Counted from the stretch's first letter, positions 40,160 to 50,029 are shown. The stretch is DNA of 64,000 nucleotides from Tissierellales bacterium (GCA_018433765.1 JAHDQO010000006.1:247034-311033); one strand, 5' to 3'. Translations and numbers: made by a program. Notes: generated by a model not told the origin, from the sequence alone.

Positions 40160-41205
40160 TCCATATTTTTAAACTCAAAGCTGTCACTTAATGAATTAAA
40201 TCCACTCCCTTCTATTACAGTAGGACTATTTCTACCACCTATTATTTTGGGTGCAATATATAAGTTTATTTCATTAATTAATTCTTTTTTAACCAATGAC
40301 CATCCTAATTCTCCACCTGATTCAACCATTATTGAATCAAAACCAATTTGTCCTAATTCATTAATTACTTCATTTAAATCTAATCCATTACCAACTTCGT
40401 TAACTTTAATAATCTTAGTATTATTAGGATATTTATTTGATGATATGTTATTTCTATTTGAAACAAAAACAATAATTTTTTTATGTAGAGAAAATATTCT
40501 TAAGTCTTTTGAAAGTATCATCTTCTTGTCAAGTATAATAGGTATTGGATCACTAATCTTTTTAACATGTCGTACATTTAATGAAGGATTATCCTTTATT
40601 ATTGTAGATGAAGTAGTAAGTATACCCATAACACTGTTTCTCATTTCATGTACTTTTATTCTTGATTCTAAAGATGAAATCCATCGTGACTCACCAGAAT
40701 TAAGAGCTATCTTTCCATCAAGACTTGACGCACTTTTATATATCACATAAGGTTTTTTATGTTTTATGTAATGCATAAAAAACTTATTTTGCAATTTTGC
40801 TTCTTTTTCAAGTAATCCTACTTCAACATTAATACCATTACATATTAGTTTCTTTATACTCTTGCCCGCTACTAAAGCATTTGGATCTTCAATAGAGATA
40901 AAAACTTTTTTTATACCATGTTTTATTATTAAATCAACACAAGGTGGTGTTTTTCCGTAATGAAAACAAGGCTCTAAAGTAACATACATAGTTGATTTAT
41001 TAAGTAAGCCTATATTACCTCTTTTGTAAACATCATTTACAGCTTCAACTTCTGCGTGATTTCCTCCATAATATTTATGGTATCCCTCACCTATAATCTG
41101 ATTATTATATACAATTACACATCCAACTAATGGATTAGGATTTACTAACCCTATACCTTTCTCAGCTAATTCTAATGCTCTTTTCATAAAAATTTCTGGT
41201 TTCAT
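40114..41205 (-). CDS. ribD: Bifunctional riboflavin biosynthesis deaminase/reductase
   Basis: CMP/dCMP-type deaminase zinc motif (HAE...PCxxC) plus a RibD C-terminal reductase domain. Confidence 0.9.
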   Translation of the reverse strand: MKPEIFMKRALELAEKGIGLVNPNPLVGCVIVYNNQIIGEGYHKYYGGNHAEVEAVNDVYKRGNIGLLNKSTMYVTLEPCFHYGKTPPCVDLIIKHGIKKVFISIEDPNALVAGKSIKKLICNGINVEVGLLEKEAKLQNKFFMHYIKHKKPYVIYKSASSLDGKIALNSGESRWISSLESRIKVHEMRNSVMGILTTSSTIIKDNPSLNVRHVKKISDPIPIILDKKMILSKDLRIFSLHKKIIVFVSNRNNISSNKYPNNTKIIKVNEVGNGLDLNEVINELGQIGFDSIMVESGGELGWSLVKKELINEINLYIAPKIIGGRNSPTVIEGSGFNSLSDSFEFKNMECVPVGKDILIKAWR

Positions 41206-41420
41206 AAATTAATACTCCCTTGCTATATACAAAATTAGTCGATACCTTTACTTTAGTAAAGTTTTTAGGCTATTGACAAACCCAAATTTCATCGTTGTTG
41301 CCTCAATCGAGAATGCTCACGTATTTCTATATACGCTCCGCTTACTCGCTTTCGGCACGCCTCGAACTTCAAGTTTCTCAAAAACCTATCATCTTGTTGA
41401 CTTTGTCAACAATCTGATAA

Positions 41421-41475
41421 CTTTACTTTAGTAAAGTTATCATGTTACTAGTTACTTATTACTAATCTCTCGTTT
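41421..41475. repeat. Hairpin ctttactttagtaaag plus (TTACTAG)n heptamers within the rib leader
   Basis: Repeat family member lying between the FMN riboswitch and ribD. Confidence 0.7.
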
Positions 41476-41624
41476 AATTATAATTAAAAAGAGACCACTT
41501 TTTCAGGGTCTCTATAAAAAAATCAAAATTTAAAATTTATAATAATGAATTGTTAATTAAAAAGCCTGAAGAATAATTCTTCAGGCAATATAACAAAATC
41601 ACAAAAAAATCTTTGATTTTAAAC

Positions 41625-41725
41625 TTCTTTCATCCAGACTCTACTGTCGGCTCTGGAATTACACCAGATCAACCTTTCGGCTAGCGGGCTTTACCGCCGG
41701 TCGGGAATTACACCCTGCCCTGAAG
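41625..41725 (-). promoter_or_regulatory. FMN riboswitch (RFN element) of the rib operon; terminator at 41562-41588
   Basis: The minus strand reads cttcagggcagggtgtaattcccgaccggcggtaaagcccgctagcc...ggtgtaattccagagccgacagtagagtctggatgaaag, followed by the hairpin gcctgaagaattattcttcaggc and a U-run. Confidence 0.85.
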
Positions 41726-41825
41726 TTATACAATATTCATTTTTCATCACTTTATCATATTACAATAAACCTGTCAAGTATATTAGAATTTATTTTCTCA
41801 TAAAAATAAAAGTAAAAACTAGAAA

Positions 41826-42155
41826 TTAACTTTTTATCATCAAATATTTATTTCTAGCATCTTTTACTGCCGCAATTATTGCTTTTTGAGCCATTCCATG
41901 ATATCTTTCTTTTACTTCCAATTCTAATTCTTCTATTTCAGATTCAATATTGTATCCAACTACTATAGTATTAATAAAATCTGATGTTTTTTCTTTTACC
42001 ATATTTGAAGTTGAATCTACTATGATATTTGTTTGTTTGTCTATTATTAAGCCAATAAAAAATATCTCATGAGTTGAAAGTATTGGATCAGTTTTTCCTA
42101 ATCTTGATGTTCCTAAAACATAAACTGTATTTTTAGAGTATTGCATTTTTATCAC
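41826..42155 (-). CDS. Hypothetical conserved small protein (109 aa), last gene of the putative RiPP operon
   Basis: ORF 113 nt downstream of the B12-binding radical SAM gene on the same strand. Confidence 0.4.
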   Translation of the reverse strand: MIKMQYSKNTVYVLGTSRLGKTDPILSTHEIFFIGLIIDKQTNIIVDSTSNMVKEKTSDFINTIVVGYNIESEIEELELEVKERYHGMAQKAIIAAVKDARNKYLMIKS

Positions 42156-42268
42156 CTATTTGTATTTAATTCTACATATTATGATAGTTTATAGCTATTT
42201 TTAAGTCAATAGAATTAATTCAATTTCTACGAAATAAAAGCATACTAGAATAGAAAACAAATAATTTT

Positions 42269-44080
42269 TTATACATAATTTTCCAAAGAATCTACCTTAA
42301 GTATTATTACATCAGTATCTTTTCTTATAAATTTTATTATAGTTTCCTCATATTTTTCAATGATGTTATCTTTTTTCACATCATAAACATTATATTTATA
42401 ATTATTTATATTTTGAGGTTTATTTGAATTATATAAAAAATTCATAGTATCATATTCAAATTTACACATTTCTTTTATAAAATTATTTTTATCACCAAAA
42501 TAACTTTTATTAACAAAATTATAAAAACTCTTATATGCATTTATTAACTTATTGGCTCCTATGGTAGTATCTTGGTAAGATGATATTTTCAATGTTTTTT
42601 CTTCAACTTCTTTATAACTATAGAACAATTGAAGTATATTATCATCATAGAATTCCATTAAAAACTTGTACGTACATCTAAAAGGGTGAAGCGTTCTTAA
42701 ATAAATGTAAGAAACAAATTTATCTAGAAAATTAACTTTATCAAGTAATTCAGATTTGTATTCAAAGAAATGTGTAAAAATTTCTTTATTGTTTTTAACC
42801 ATGTCTATAATATCATGTGGTAAATTATTCGTATAAGTAGCAGTTTCATTATTATACTCAGAATATGATAGTTTATCATAATACACATTTGTTAATTCTG
42901 TTCCTGCATAGAAGCATAATTTATGTAAATAAACTCTACTAATTAATATACTATGTTTTTTTGCCAGTATGTTAATCATAGAAATGGTTTGAAGTATATC
43001 ATTTTCTGTTTCTTGAGGAAACCCATAAATAAATGATAATCTTGGGTATACCTTATATTTGAATAATATATCAATTACATTATAAATATCTGCAATATCT
43101 AGATTCTTATTTATTATTTTCTGCATTCTTGGAGAACCTGTTTCAACACCTAAAAATATGCTTCTGCATCCTGTCTCTGACATTTTTTTTATTAATTTTT
43201 CATCTAGTGAATCTATTCTTGCACTGCATGTCCATTTGATGTTTAGGTTGTTTTTTTGCAAATTATTGCACATATCCATAATATATTGTCTGTTTGCTGT
43301 AAACATATCGTGTATAAAGTTAAAATTATTTACTCCATAATCATTTTTTAATCTCTTTATTTCTTCTACTGTTCTCTCTATAGATTTCATTCTGAAATTT
43401 CTTTTCCAAAAAGTCTTAGTTGAACAAAATGTACAGCTGTAGGGGCAGCCTCTACCTGTTTCTAATACAGCTTCTTTAACTTGTGACATATCTACTAAAG
43501 AATAGTCAATTTGAGGTAATTTATCTAAATCATTTATTAATTTTGGAAGACCATTATTAATAACTTGATTATCTTTTCTATAAGCTAATCCTTCTGTAGT
43601 ATCAAAATTATTATTATTTATAATATTGTGTAAAATAGTTTTTACTGTATCTTCTCCCTCACCTAACCCAACATAATCTATCCATGGAAATGTTCTTAAT
43701 GTATCCGTTGCTGTAAGGGTTGCATGAGGACCTCCAAAAACGATTTTCATGTTTGGACATTTTTCTTTTAATTTCTTAGCCAATATAACTGCAATATGAT
43801 AGATATTACACATGGTATAAAAAATAGCCACATCAACGTGTTTTTTTAAAATGAATTTACTCATATTGTCAATGTTTATATTAAAATTATTATAATATTT
43901 AAAATTACCTTTTTTACATTCATATCCAAAATCTATTATCTTTGTATCATATTCTTTGTGTTTATTTAATAAACTTACTAAAGACAATATTCCAAGAGGA
44001 GTACGATCATAACTAATTTCATGATCTATTATATTTATAAAAAATATAGATTTCATATTAGTTTTTCTCCTTAATATCAT
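42269..44080 (-). CDS. B12-binding domain radical SAM protein (class B) with a ~250-aa C-terminal extension
   Basis: N-terminal B12-binding-like region followed by the CxxxCxxC motif (CPYSCTFCS). The start may be the internal MKSIFF. Confidence 0.8.
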   Translation of the reverse strand: MILRRKTNMKSIFFINIIDHEISYDRTPLGILSLVSLLNKHKEYDTKIIDFGYECKKGNFKYYNNFNINIDNMSKFILKKHVDVAIFYTMCNIYHIAVILAKKLKEKCPNMKIVFGGPHATLTATDTLRTFPWIDYVGLGEGEDTVKTILHNIINNNNFDTTEGLAYRKDNQVINNGLPKLINDLDKLPQIDYSLVDMSQVKEAVLETGRGCPYSCTFCSTKTFWKRNFRMKSIERTVEEIKRLKNDYGVNNFNFIHDMFTANRQYIMDMCNNLQKNNLNIKWTCSARIDSLDEKLIKKMSETGCRSIFLGVETGSPRMQKIINKNLDIADIYNVIDILFKYKVYPRLSFIYGFPQETENDILQTISMINILAKKHSILISRVYLHKLCFYAGTELTNVYYDKLSYSEYNNETATYTNNLPHDIIDMVKNNKEIFTHFFEYKSELLDKVNFLDKFVSYIYLRTLHPFRCTYKFLMEFYDDNILQLFYSYKEVEEKTLKISSYQDTTIGANKLINAYKSFYNFVNKSYFGDKNNFIKEMCKFEYDTMNFLYNSNKPQNINNYKYNVYDVKKDNIIEKYEETIIKFIRKDTDVIILKVDSLENYV

Positions 44081-44228
44081 TTGTAAAATTATAATACATA
44101 CAATAATTTTATTTATTTTATATAGAAATAATATTTATATTAAGGGTAGTGCTTTTTTAATTATTTTAGTAAATACTGATTGCTTTACGTTATTTATTTT
44201 TATATTATGTAATAAATATTTATATTTA

Positions 44229-44378
44229 TTACATACCACCTCTCATGCAAGGATCACATACCCAATATGAATTTACATCTTGCATAGTTTCTGTTTGATT
44301 TAAATGTTCAACTATGCCTTTAATATTTTCTAAAGAAACTTCTGAAGTTAATGTGTTATTTACTTTTTCTATACTCAA
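44229..44378 (-). CDS. Putative RiPP precursor peptide A1 (49 aa; not in the ORF track; TTG start)
   Basis: AGGAGGTG RBS 6 nt before the TTG. Sequence MSIEKVNNTLTSEVSLENIKGIVEHLNQTETMQDVNSYWVCDPCMRGGM. A paralog lies at 46063-46212. The gene sits between the two radical SAM genes. Confidence 0.6.
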   Translation of the reverse strand: MSIEKVNNTLTSEVSLENIKGIVEHLNQTETMQDVNSYWVCDPCMRGGM

Positions 44379-44423
44379 AATTAACACCTCCTTTATCTAA
44401 TTCACTACCCTTAATTTACTAAT

Positions 44424-45815
44424 TTATAAATTATATAGTGGTAGATATCTGAGTGTATTTTTATCATAAAGAGATTCTCCTATTATATTTCTAAGCTTAT
44501 CCGGAGCATTTTTACATAAACTTCCATAAATAGCTACTGTAAGTTCTATACTTGATTTTCTCAATTTACATAAAGCATCATTTGATTTAACAATATTACC
44601 TGAATATATGTAATTTTCATGTATACATCCTCCTAGGCAAATTCTTTTAGCCCAGCATTCATTGCAGTAAGATAAATCTTTATTGTAATGTATAGGATTT
44701 AAAGATTTTATATCATTTATATTTCCTACTATAAAATTATCATCTCCACAAAACCTATGACATGCATACATATCACCGTTTGTATCAATTGTAAACTTAT
44801 CATTTATAGGACAAAAATTATCTGAACGTATGTCAGGATACAAAGACGCGAAACTCCTCAAGAATGGCGGAAGTTGTATAGATTCATTTTGTTTAACTGA
44901 ATTTATGTAATATGTACAAATGTCTTTATAAACATTTATTAATTCATCTACATCATTCTCATTATTAAAGCCTACTTCCTCATCTGCTACAATAGCTGTA
45001 GTAAGATCTAAGTCATTATTATTGCAGTATTTATAAAAATCAAAATAATCTTTTACAGTTTCTTTGGTAATAGTATTCTTAAATGTTGAAATTGATTTGA
45101 GATCACTGTACATTTTTACCTTGTCCATTATTAAATCAAAGGTAGGTTTATTATCCATAGTTACTCTGTTTTTATCATGAATTTCTTTATTACCATCTAC
45201 ACTTGTCATGATATATATATTGTTTTGCTTTATAATTTCCATTATCCTATCATTGTATAAAGAACCGTTAGTTGTAATTGAAAATACAGCCAAATTATTC
45301 CAGTTATTTTGTTTAATGTAATTTATTGCATATTCAATTAAATCTACTTTTAATAGAGGTTCTCCTCCAAAAAAACTTATTGTTTTTTTATCATTATCAT
45401 TATCTAAAAATAATAAATCTATTGCCTTTTTTATAATTTCTTTACTCATGTCTTTTTTCTTTTTATTTTTTTCAAAACAATAATTACAGTTAAAATTACA
45501 TCTATTTGTTAACATCAACGTTAGTGCTTCACAATTTTTATCTGTAACTACATTGAAATTTTCATTACTTTCTTTATTATGAGAACTAATTATCTTATTA
45601 TCTATTAGTATATTTAATGCTTCAATTGCTTTGTCTATTGATGTCTTGTCATATTTATTAGTTAACAATACTTTTATTTCTTTAATGCTGTTTCCCTCAT
45701 TATATTTATTCAAAACATCATATGTAAGAATATTTAAACTAAATACAAAAGAAGTTTTAAAATCATATGCAAAAACATCTCCGCAAAAATTAAAAAAAAC
45801 CATAAATTTGTCCAT
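44424..45815 (-). CDS. Radical SAM/SPASM-domain peptide maturase with an N-terminal RRE-like region
   Basis: CNFNCNYC radical SAM motif. C-terminal SPASM cysteines CxxCxxxxxCxxxC (CNECWAKRICLGGC) plus auxiliary Cys residues. About 100 aa precede the rSAM core. Confidence 0.85.
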   Translation of the reverse strand: MDKFMVFFNFCGDVFAYDFKTSFVFSLNILTYDVLNKYNEGNSIKEIKVLLTNKYDKTSIDKAIEALNILIDNKIISSHNKESNENFNVVTDKNCEALTLMLTNRCNFNCNYCFEKNKKKKDMSKEIIKKAIDLLFLDNDNDKKTISFFGGEPLLKVDLIEYAINYIKQNNWNNLAVFSITTNGSLYNDRIMEIIKQNNIYIMTSVDGNKEIHDKNRVTMDNKPTFDLIMDKVKMYSDLKSISTFKNTITKETVKDYFDFYKYCNNNDLDLTTAIVADEEVGFNNENDVDELINVYKDICTYYINSVKQNESIQLPPFLRSFASLYPDIRSDNFCPINDKFTIDTNGDMYACHRFCGDDNFIVGNINDIKSLNPIHYNKDLSYCNECWAKRICLGGCIHENYIYSGNIVKSNDALCKLRKSSIELTVAIYGSLCKNAPDKLRNIIGESLYDKNTLRYLPLYNL

Positions 45816-45879
45816 TTATTATCCTCTTTTCCTATCCACTTTTTGTTATATATTATTATATTATATGTACATCATAGTT

Positions 45880-45965
45880 TTTATTATATTTTAATAAGCT
45901 TACTAAAGACAATTTTCCAAAGGGAGTGTGTTATATATTACATAATTTTGTTTATTTCACATTTA
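45880..45965 (-). pseudogene. Remnant of the 5' end of a B12-binding radical SAM gene (duplicate of about 43965-44025)
   Basis: Nucleotide similarity: gcttactaaagacaattttccaaagggagtgtg here against cttactaaagacaatattccaagaggagtacg in the intact gene. Confidence 0.4.
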
Positions 45966-46062
45966 AATAGTTATATATTAAGGGTAGTGTTTTTTATTAT
46001 TTTAAAAAATGTTTATTCCTTTAAATAAATTATTTATATTTGTAATAAAATACTTATATCTT

Positions 46063-46212
46063 TTAGTGTGGTGCTACACCACAAGGATCACATATATAAT
46101 ATGAATTTACATCTTGCATAGTTTCAGATTGATTTAAATGTTCAGCTAGTCCTTTAATTTCGTTTAAAGAAGCTTTAGAAGTTAATGTATTGTTAACTTT
46201 TTCTATACTCAA
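46063..46212 (-). CDS. Putative RiPP precursor peptide A2 (49 aa; not in the ORF track; TTG start)
   Basis: AGGAGGTG RBS. Sequence MSIEKVNNTLTSKASLNEIKGLAEHLNQSETMQDVNSYYICDPCGVAPH. Leader about 80% identical to A1, with a divergent core. Confidence 0.55.
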   Translation of the reverse strand: MSIEKVNNTLTSKASLNEIKGLAEHLNQSETMQDVNSYYICDPCGVAPH

Positions 46213-46214
46213 AT

Positions 46215-46470
46215 TTAGCACCTCCTTTGTCTAATATCACTACCCCTAATTTCCTAATTTATAGATTATGTAGCGGTAGATATCTAAGCGTATTCTTATC
46301 AAATTTATATATATGTATCCTCCAAGACAAATTCTTTTAGATAAGTATTCATTTAAATAATATAAATCTTTAATACAACGTATTGTGTTTAAAAATTGTA
46401 TATTATTTATACTATTTACTTTAAATTAAGATTGTTTAAGCTAATACAAAATAAGTTTTCAAAATCATAT
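46215..46470 (-). pseudogene. Degenerate remnant of a second radical SAM/SPASM maturase gene (3' and 5' ends retained, interior deleted)
   Basis: 46215-46330 aligns to the 3' end of the maturase gene (44395-44700) with a deletion. 46400-46470 aligns to its 5' end (45740-45815). Confidence 0.5.
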
Positions 46471-46750
46471 GCAAAAATATCTCCACAATTGTAATAAAAT
46501 ATAGTTTATACATTATTATACTATTTTATATGAATATTTTGTAATAATATGTTTTATTTTGTAATATTTTATTATTTATTACATTATAGTGTATTATTAT
46601 ATCAATGTCAAATTTTTGTTTATATTAATTTAAATGTAATTTTATTGAATTTTATTGTAAAACAAAAAAATAATGACATTCAAGGATAAATACTCTTAAA
46701 TGTCATTATTGATATAACTTTAATTTAAGTAATTTTAAAGAATAATTTTT

Positions 46751-47392
46751 TTAATTTGAATTATTTATAATATCTATTATTTCATTCATATCATTAATTA
46801 TATGTTTAGGTTTATAATCTTTCTTTAATTGTTCTAAATTATTATGCCATCCAACTAGTACAGATGCAGCACCTGCATTTTTAGCACATTCAATATCAAA
46901 TCTTGAATCTCCTATAAATAATGTTTCCTCAGGTCTGCTATCTAATATTTTTAATGCTTTTAATAATGGTTCAGGATGTGGTTTATGATTTTCAACCTCA
47001 TCTGCCGGTACAATAACTTTAAAATATTTATCTATATTAAATAATTTTAATGCATGATCTGTAGTATTTCTGAGTCTAGACGTTACTATACCCATTTTAA
47101 TTCCTCTATTCATCAATTCTTCTAATGTTTCTTTAGAATTACTAAACAGTTTTACTTCTAAATCAAATCGTCCAAATTGATAATCTCTATAATCTTTAAC
47201 TACTTCCTCAAATGGTTCATTAAACTCTCTTTCTATTGTTGTTCTCAATGGTTCACCAAAGCTTTGTGAAATATATTCAACAGTCTTTTCTTCACCATAA
47301 TATTTTTTATATATGCAGTTGAAAGAGTTTACTATCAATTGACTTGTATCAGCTAACGTCCCATCAAAGTCAAAAATTACAGTTGTTATCAT
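46751..47392 (-). CDS. HAD-IA family hydrolase (PpaX/phosphoglycolate phosphatase-like)
   Basis: Motif I FDFDGTLADT, motif IV GDS.FD. Confidence 0.8.
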   Translation of the reverse strand: MITTVIFDFDGTLADTSQLIVNSFNCIYKKYYGEEKTVEYISQSFGEPLRTTIEREFNEPFEEVVKDYRDYQFGRFDLEVKLFSNSKETLEELMNRGIKMGIVTSRLRNTTDHALKLFNIDKYFKVIVPADEVENHKPHPEPLLKALKILDSRPEETLFIGDSRFDIECAKNAGAASVLVGWHNNLEQLKKDYKPKHIINDMNEIIDIINNSN

Positions 47393-47544
47393 TGTCCCAT
47401 CCTCCTAGTAAATTAAGATAAAAACTAAAAGTTAATAGTTAAAAATTATGGATAATTTACTCATAAAATTTCGTAAATATTCATTTTTATATTTCAATAC
47501 TACTGCTACTACAAAACTACCATAACTTTATACTTTAAATCTTT

Positions 47545-47657
47545 GACTTTTATCTTATTTTGCATTACACTTTTATCTTTTTATCTTTTATAATTTTACT
47601 TTACATCAGTAAAGTTACCACAACTTTACACTTTTCACTTTTATCTTTTATCTTTTA
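47545..47657. repeat. (CTTTTAT)n tracts flanking the hairpin ctttacatcagtaaag
   Basis: Repeat family member between the HAD hydrolase gene and tex. Confidence 0.65.
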
Positions 47658-49937
47658 TTAGCATCCTTTCATACTTAAAGCTATTCTTTGTCTTTGTGAA
47701 TCTACTTCCATTATTCTTACATTGACTATATCTCCAACTTGTACTACTTCCATAGGCTTTTTAATAAATTTGTCACTCATCTCAGAGATATGTACAAGTC
47801 CGTCTTGTTTTACGCCTATATCAATAAAAGCGCCAAAATCAACAACATTTCTTACTGTTCCAGTAAGAGTCATGCCTTCTTTCAAATCTTCCATTTTTAA
47901 TACATCATTTCTAAATATAGGTTTAGGCATTTCGTCCCTTGGATCTCTGCCCGGCTTTTTAAGTTCTTCAATAATATCCATTAATGTAGGTACACCTACT
48001 TCTAATTCATCAGATAATACCTTAACTCTATCATTAAATTTTTCTTTATTAGTCTTTTTCTTTTCAACAACCTTTAATTGTGACAAAGCTTGTAAACTCT
48101 TTAATCTTTTGTTTTTTCCACCTAAATTAACTTTTGCTTTTTCTTCTTTTACTTTAACAGCCATAATTCTACTGTTTATATCTCTTAAATTATTATTACT
48201 AATATCAGCTAAAGTATATTCTAGTTTTGAAAGTAATTTTTCTGCTATTTCATATGATTCAGGGTGTACACCAGTTTTGTCAAGTGGATTATTTCCGTCT
48301 GTTATTCTCATAAAACCTGCACACTGTTCAAAAGCCTTATCTCCAAGTTTTTTTACTTTTTTAATTTGTTTTCTATCAGTAAACTTGCCATTCTCTTCTC
48401 TATATGTAACTATATTTTTTGCTACAGCTTTTGATATCCCAGAAACATATCCAAGTAATGATGGTGAAGCAGTATTTAAATCAACACCAACATTATTAAC
48501 ACAATCCTCAACTGTACCATCAAGCGCAAGTCCTAGCTTTGTTTGATTTACATCATGCTGATACTGTCCAACTCCAATACTCTTTGGATCTATTTTTACA
48601 AGTTCTGCAAGTGGATCTTGTAATCTTCTTCCAATAGAAATTGCTCCTCTAATTGAAACATTTATGTCTGGATATTCTTCGTTTGCTAGTTTAGATGCTG
48701 AATAAACAGAAGCACCAGCTTCACTAACTATTGTATATGATACTTGCTTATCAACGTCACTAAGCATTTCTGCAACGATTTTTTCTGTTTCCCTTGAAGC
48801 CGTCCCATTTCCTATTGAAATAACGTCTATATCATATTTCTTAATCCATTTAGTCATAAATTCTTTAGATTCTTTAACTTTATTTTGAGGTTCATTAGGA
48901 TATATTGTATCATAATCAAGTAGTTTTCCTGTTCCATCAAGAACTGAAAGTTTGCATCCTGTTCTAAAACTTGGATCAATAGCAAGAACTTTTACATCTT
49001 TTACTGGAGGTACCATTAATAGATTCTTTGTATTTTGTCCGAAAACTTTTATAGCTTCTTCTTCAGCTCGTTCAGTTAATATGTTTCTTATTTCTCTTTC
49101 AATTGAAGGTGATATCAGTCTCTTATAACTGTCTTCAACTGCTTCTATTAAGTTTTTTGTAGTAATGGCAGCATCATTAGTAATCATTTGAGATTTTAAA
49201 TAATCTACTATTTTAACATCAGGAGTTACAAACTTTACTTTTAGTTTCTTCTCTTTTTCACCTCTATTTATTGCTAAAATTCTATGATTAGCTATTTTCT
49301 TAGCTTCTTCTTCAAATTTATAATACATTTCATATACAGTTTTTTCTTCTGGATCAACTGCTTCTGTATTTATTATGCCTTCGTGCATAAACAAATCCCT
49401 AATTTTTTTTCTAAATTCTGCATTATCTGAAACAATTTCAGCAATAATATCTGATGCTCCTTTATATGCCTCTTTTACATTCTTAACTCCCTTTTCTTCG
49501 TTTACGAAAGGTGCTGCAATTTTATCAAGATTACCATCTGTTAGTTCTTGTGCAAGTATTATATTAGCAAGAGGTTCAAGACCTTTTTCTTTAGCTTTTG
49601 ATGCTCTTGTTTTTCTTTTTTGCTTATAAGGTCTATATAGGTCTTCTACTCTTTGAAGTACTTCTGCTTTTATAATTTCAGCTTTTAGTTCTTCTGTTAA
49701 TTTTCCCTGTTCGTCAATAAGCCTAATTACCTCTTCTTTTCTTTTTTCTAAGTTTCTAATATAGGTAAGTCTCTCGTTCATTTCTCTTAATACAACATCA
49801 CTCAAAGAACCTGTCTGCTCTTTCCTATATCTTGCTATAAAAGGAATTGTATTTCCTTCATCAATTAATTTAATAGTGTTTTCCACCTGAAATGATTTTA
49901 ATTTAAATTCGTTACATAATTTTTTTATAATATCCAA
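47658..49937 (-). CDS. tex: Tex-like transcription accessory protein (YqgF/RNase H-like, HhH and S1 domains)
   Basis: About 760 aa with a C-terminal S1 domain and Tex family similarity along the full length. Confidence 0.85.
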   Translation of the reverse strand: MDIIKKLCNEFKLKSFQVENTIKLIDEGNTIPFIARYRKEQTGSLSDVVLREMNERLTYIRNLEKRKEEVIRLIDEQGKLTEELKAEIIKAEVLQRVEDLYRPYKQKRKTRASKAKEKGLEPLANIILAQELTDGNLDKIAAPFVNEEKGVKNVKEAYKGASDIIAEIVSDNAEFRKKIRDLFMHEGIINTEAVDPEEKTVYEMYYKFEEEAKKIANHRILAINRGEKEKKLKVKFVTPDVKIVDYLKSQMITNDAAITTKNLIEAVEDSYKRLISPSIEREIRNILTERAEEEAIKVFGQNTKNLLMVPPVKDVKVLAIDPSFRTGCKLSVLDGTGKLLDYDTIYPNEPQNKVKESKEFMTKWIKKYDIDVISIGNGTASRETEKIVAEMLSDVDKQVSYTIVSEAGASVYSASKLANEEYPDINVSIRGAISIGRRLQDPLAELVKIDPKSIGVGQYQHDVNQTKLGLALDGTVEDCVNNVGVDLNTASPSLLGYVSGISKAVAKNIVTYREENGKFTDRKQIKKVKKLGDKAFEQCAGFMRITDGNNPLDKTGVHPESYEIAEKLLSKLEYTLADISNNNLRDINSRIMAVKVKEEKAKVNLGGKNKRLKSLQALSQLKVVEKKKTNKEKFNDRVKVLSDELEVGVPTLMDIIEELKKPGRDPRDEMPKPIFRNDVLKMEDLKEGMTLTGTVRNVVDFGAFIDIGVKQDGLVHISEMSDKFIKKPMEVVQVGDIVNVRIMEVDSQRQRIALSMKGC

Positions 49938-50029
49938 TTAATAATCCTCCATTTTAAAGATAAAAATCCAAAGATAAAAGATAAGTCTTAATATTCTTAA
50001 ATTTTAATAATAATTTGAATTTTGCATTC

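Noticed and set aside
47722-48546. 274-aa plus-strand ORF
   Set aside because: It is antisense and fully internal to the well-supported tex gene. The translation is Ser/Phe/Leu-rich low-complexity, as expected from the reverse frame of an AT-rich gene.
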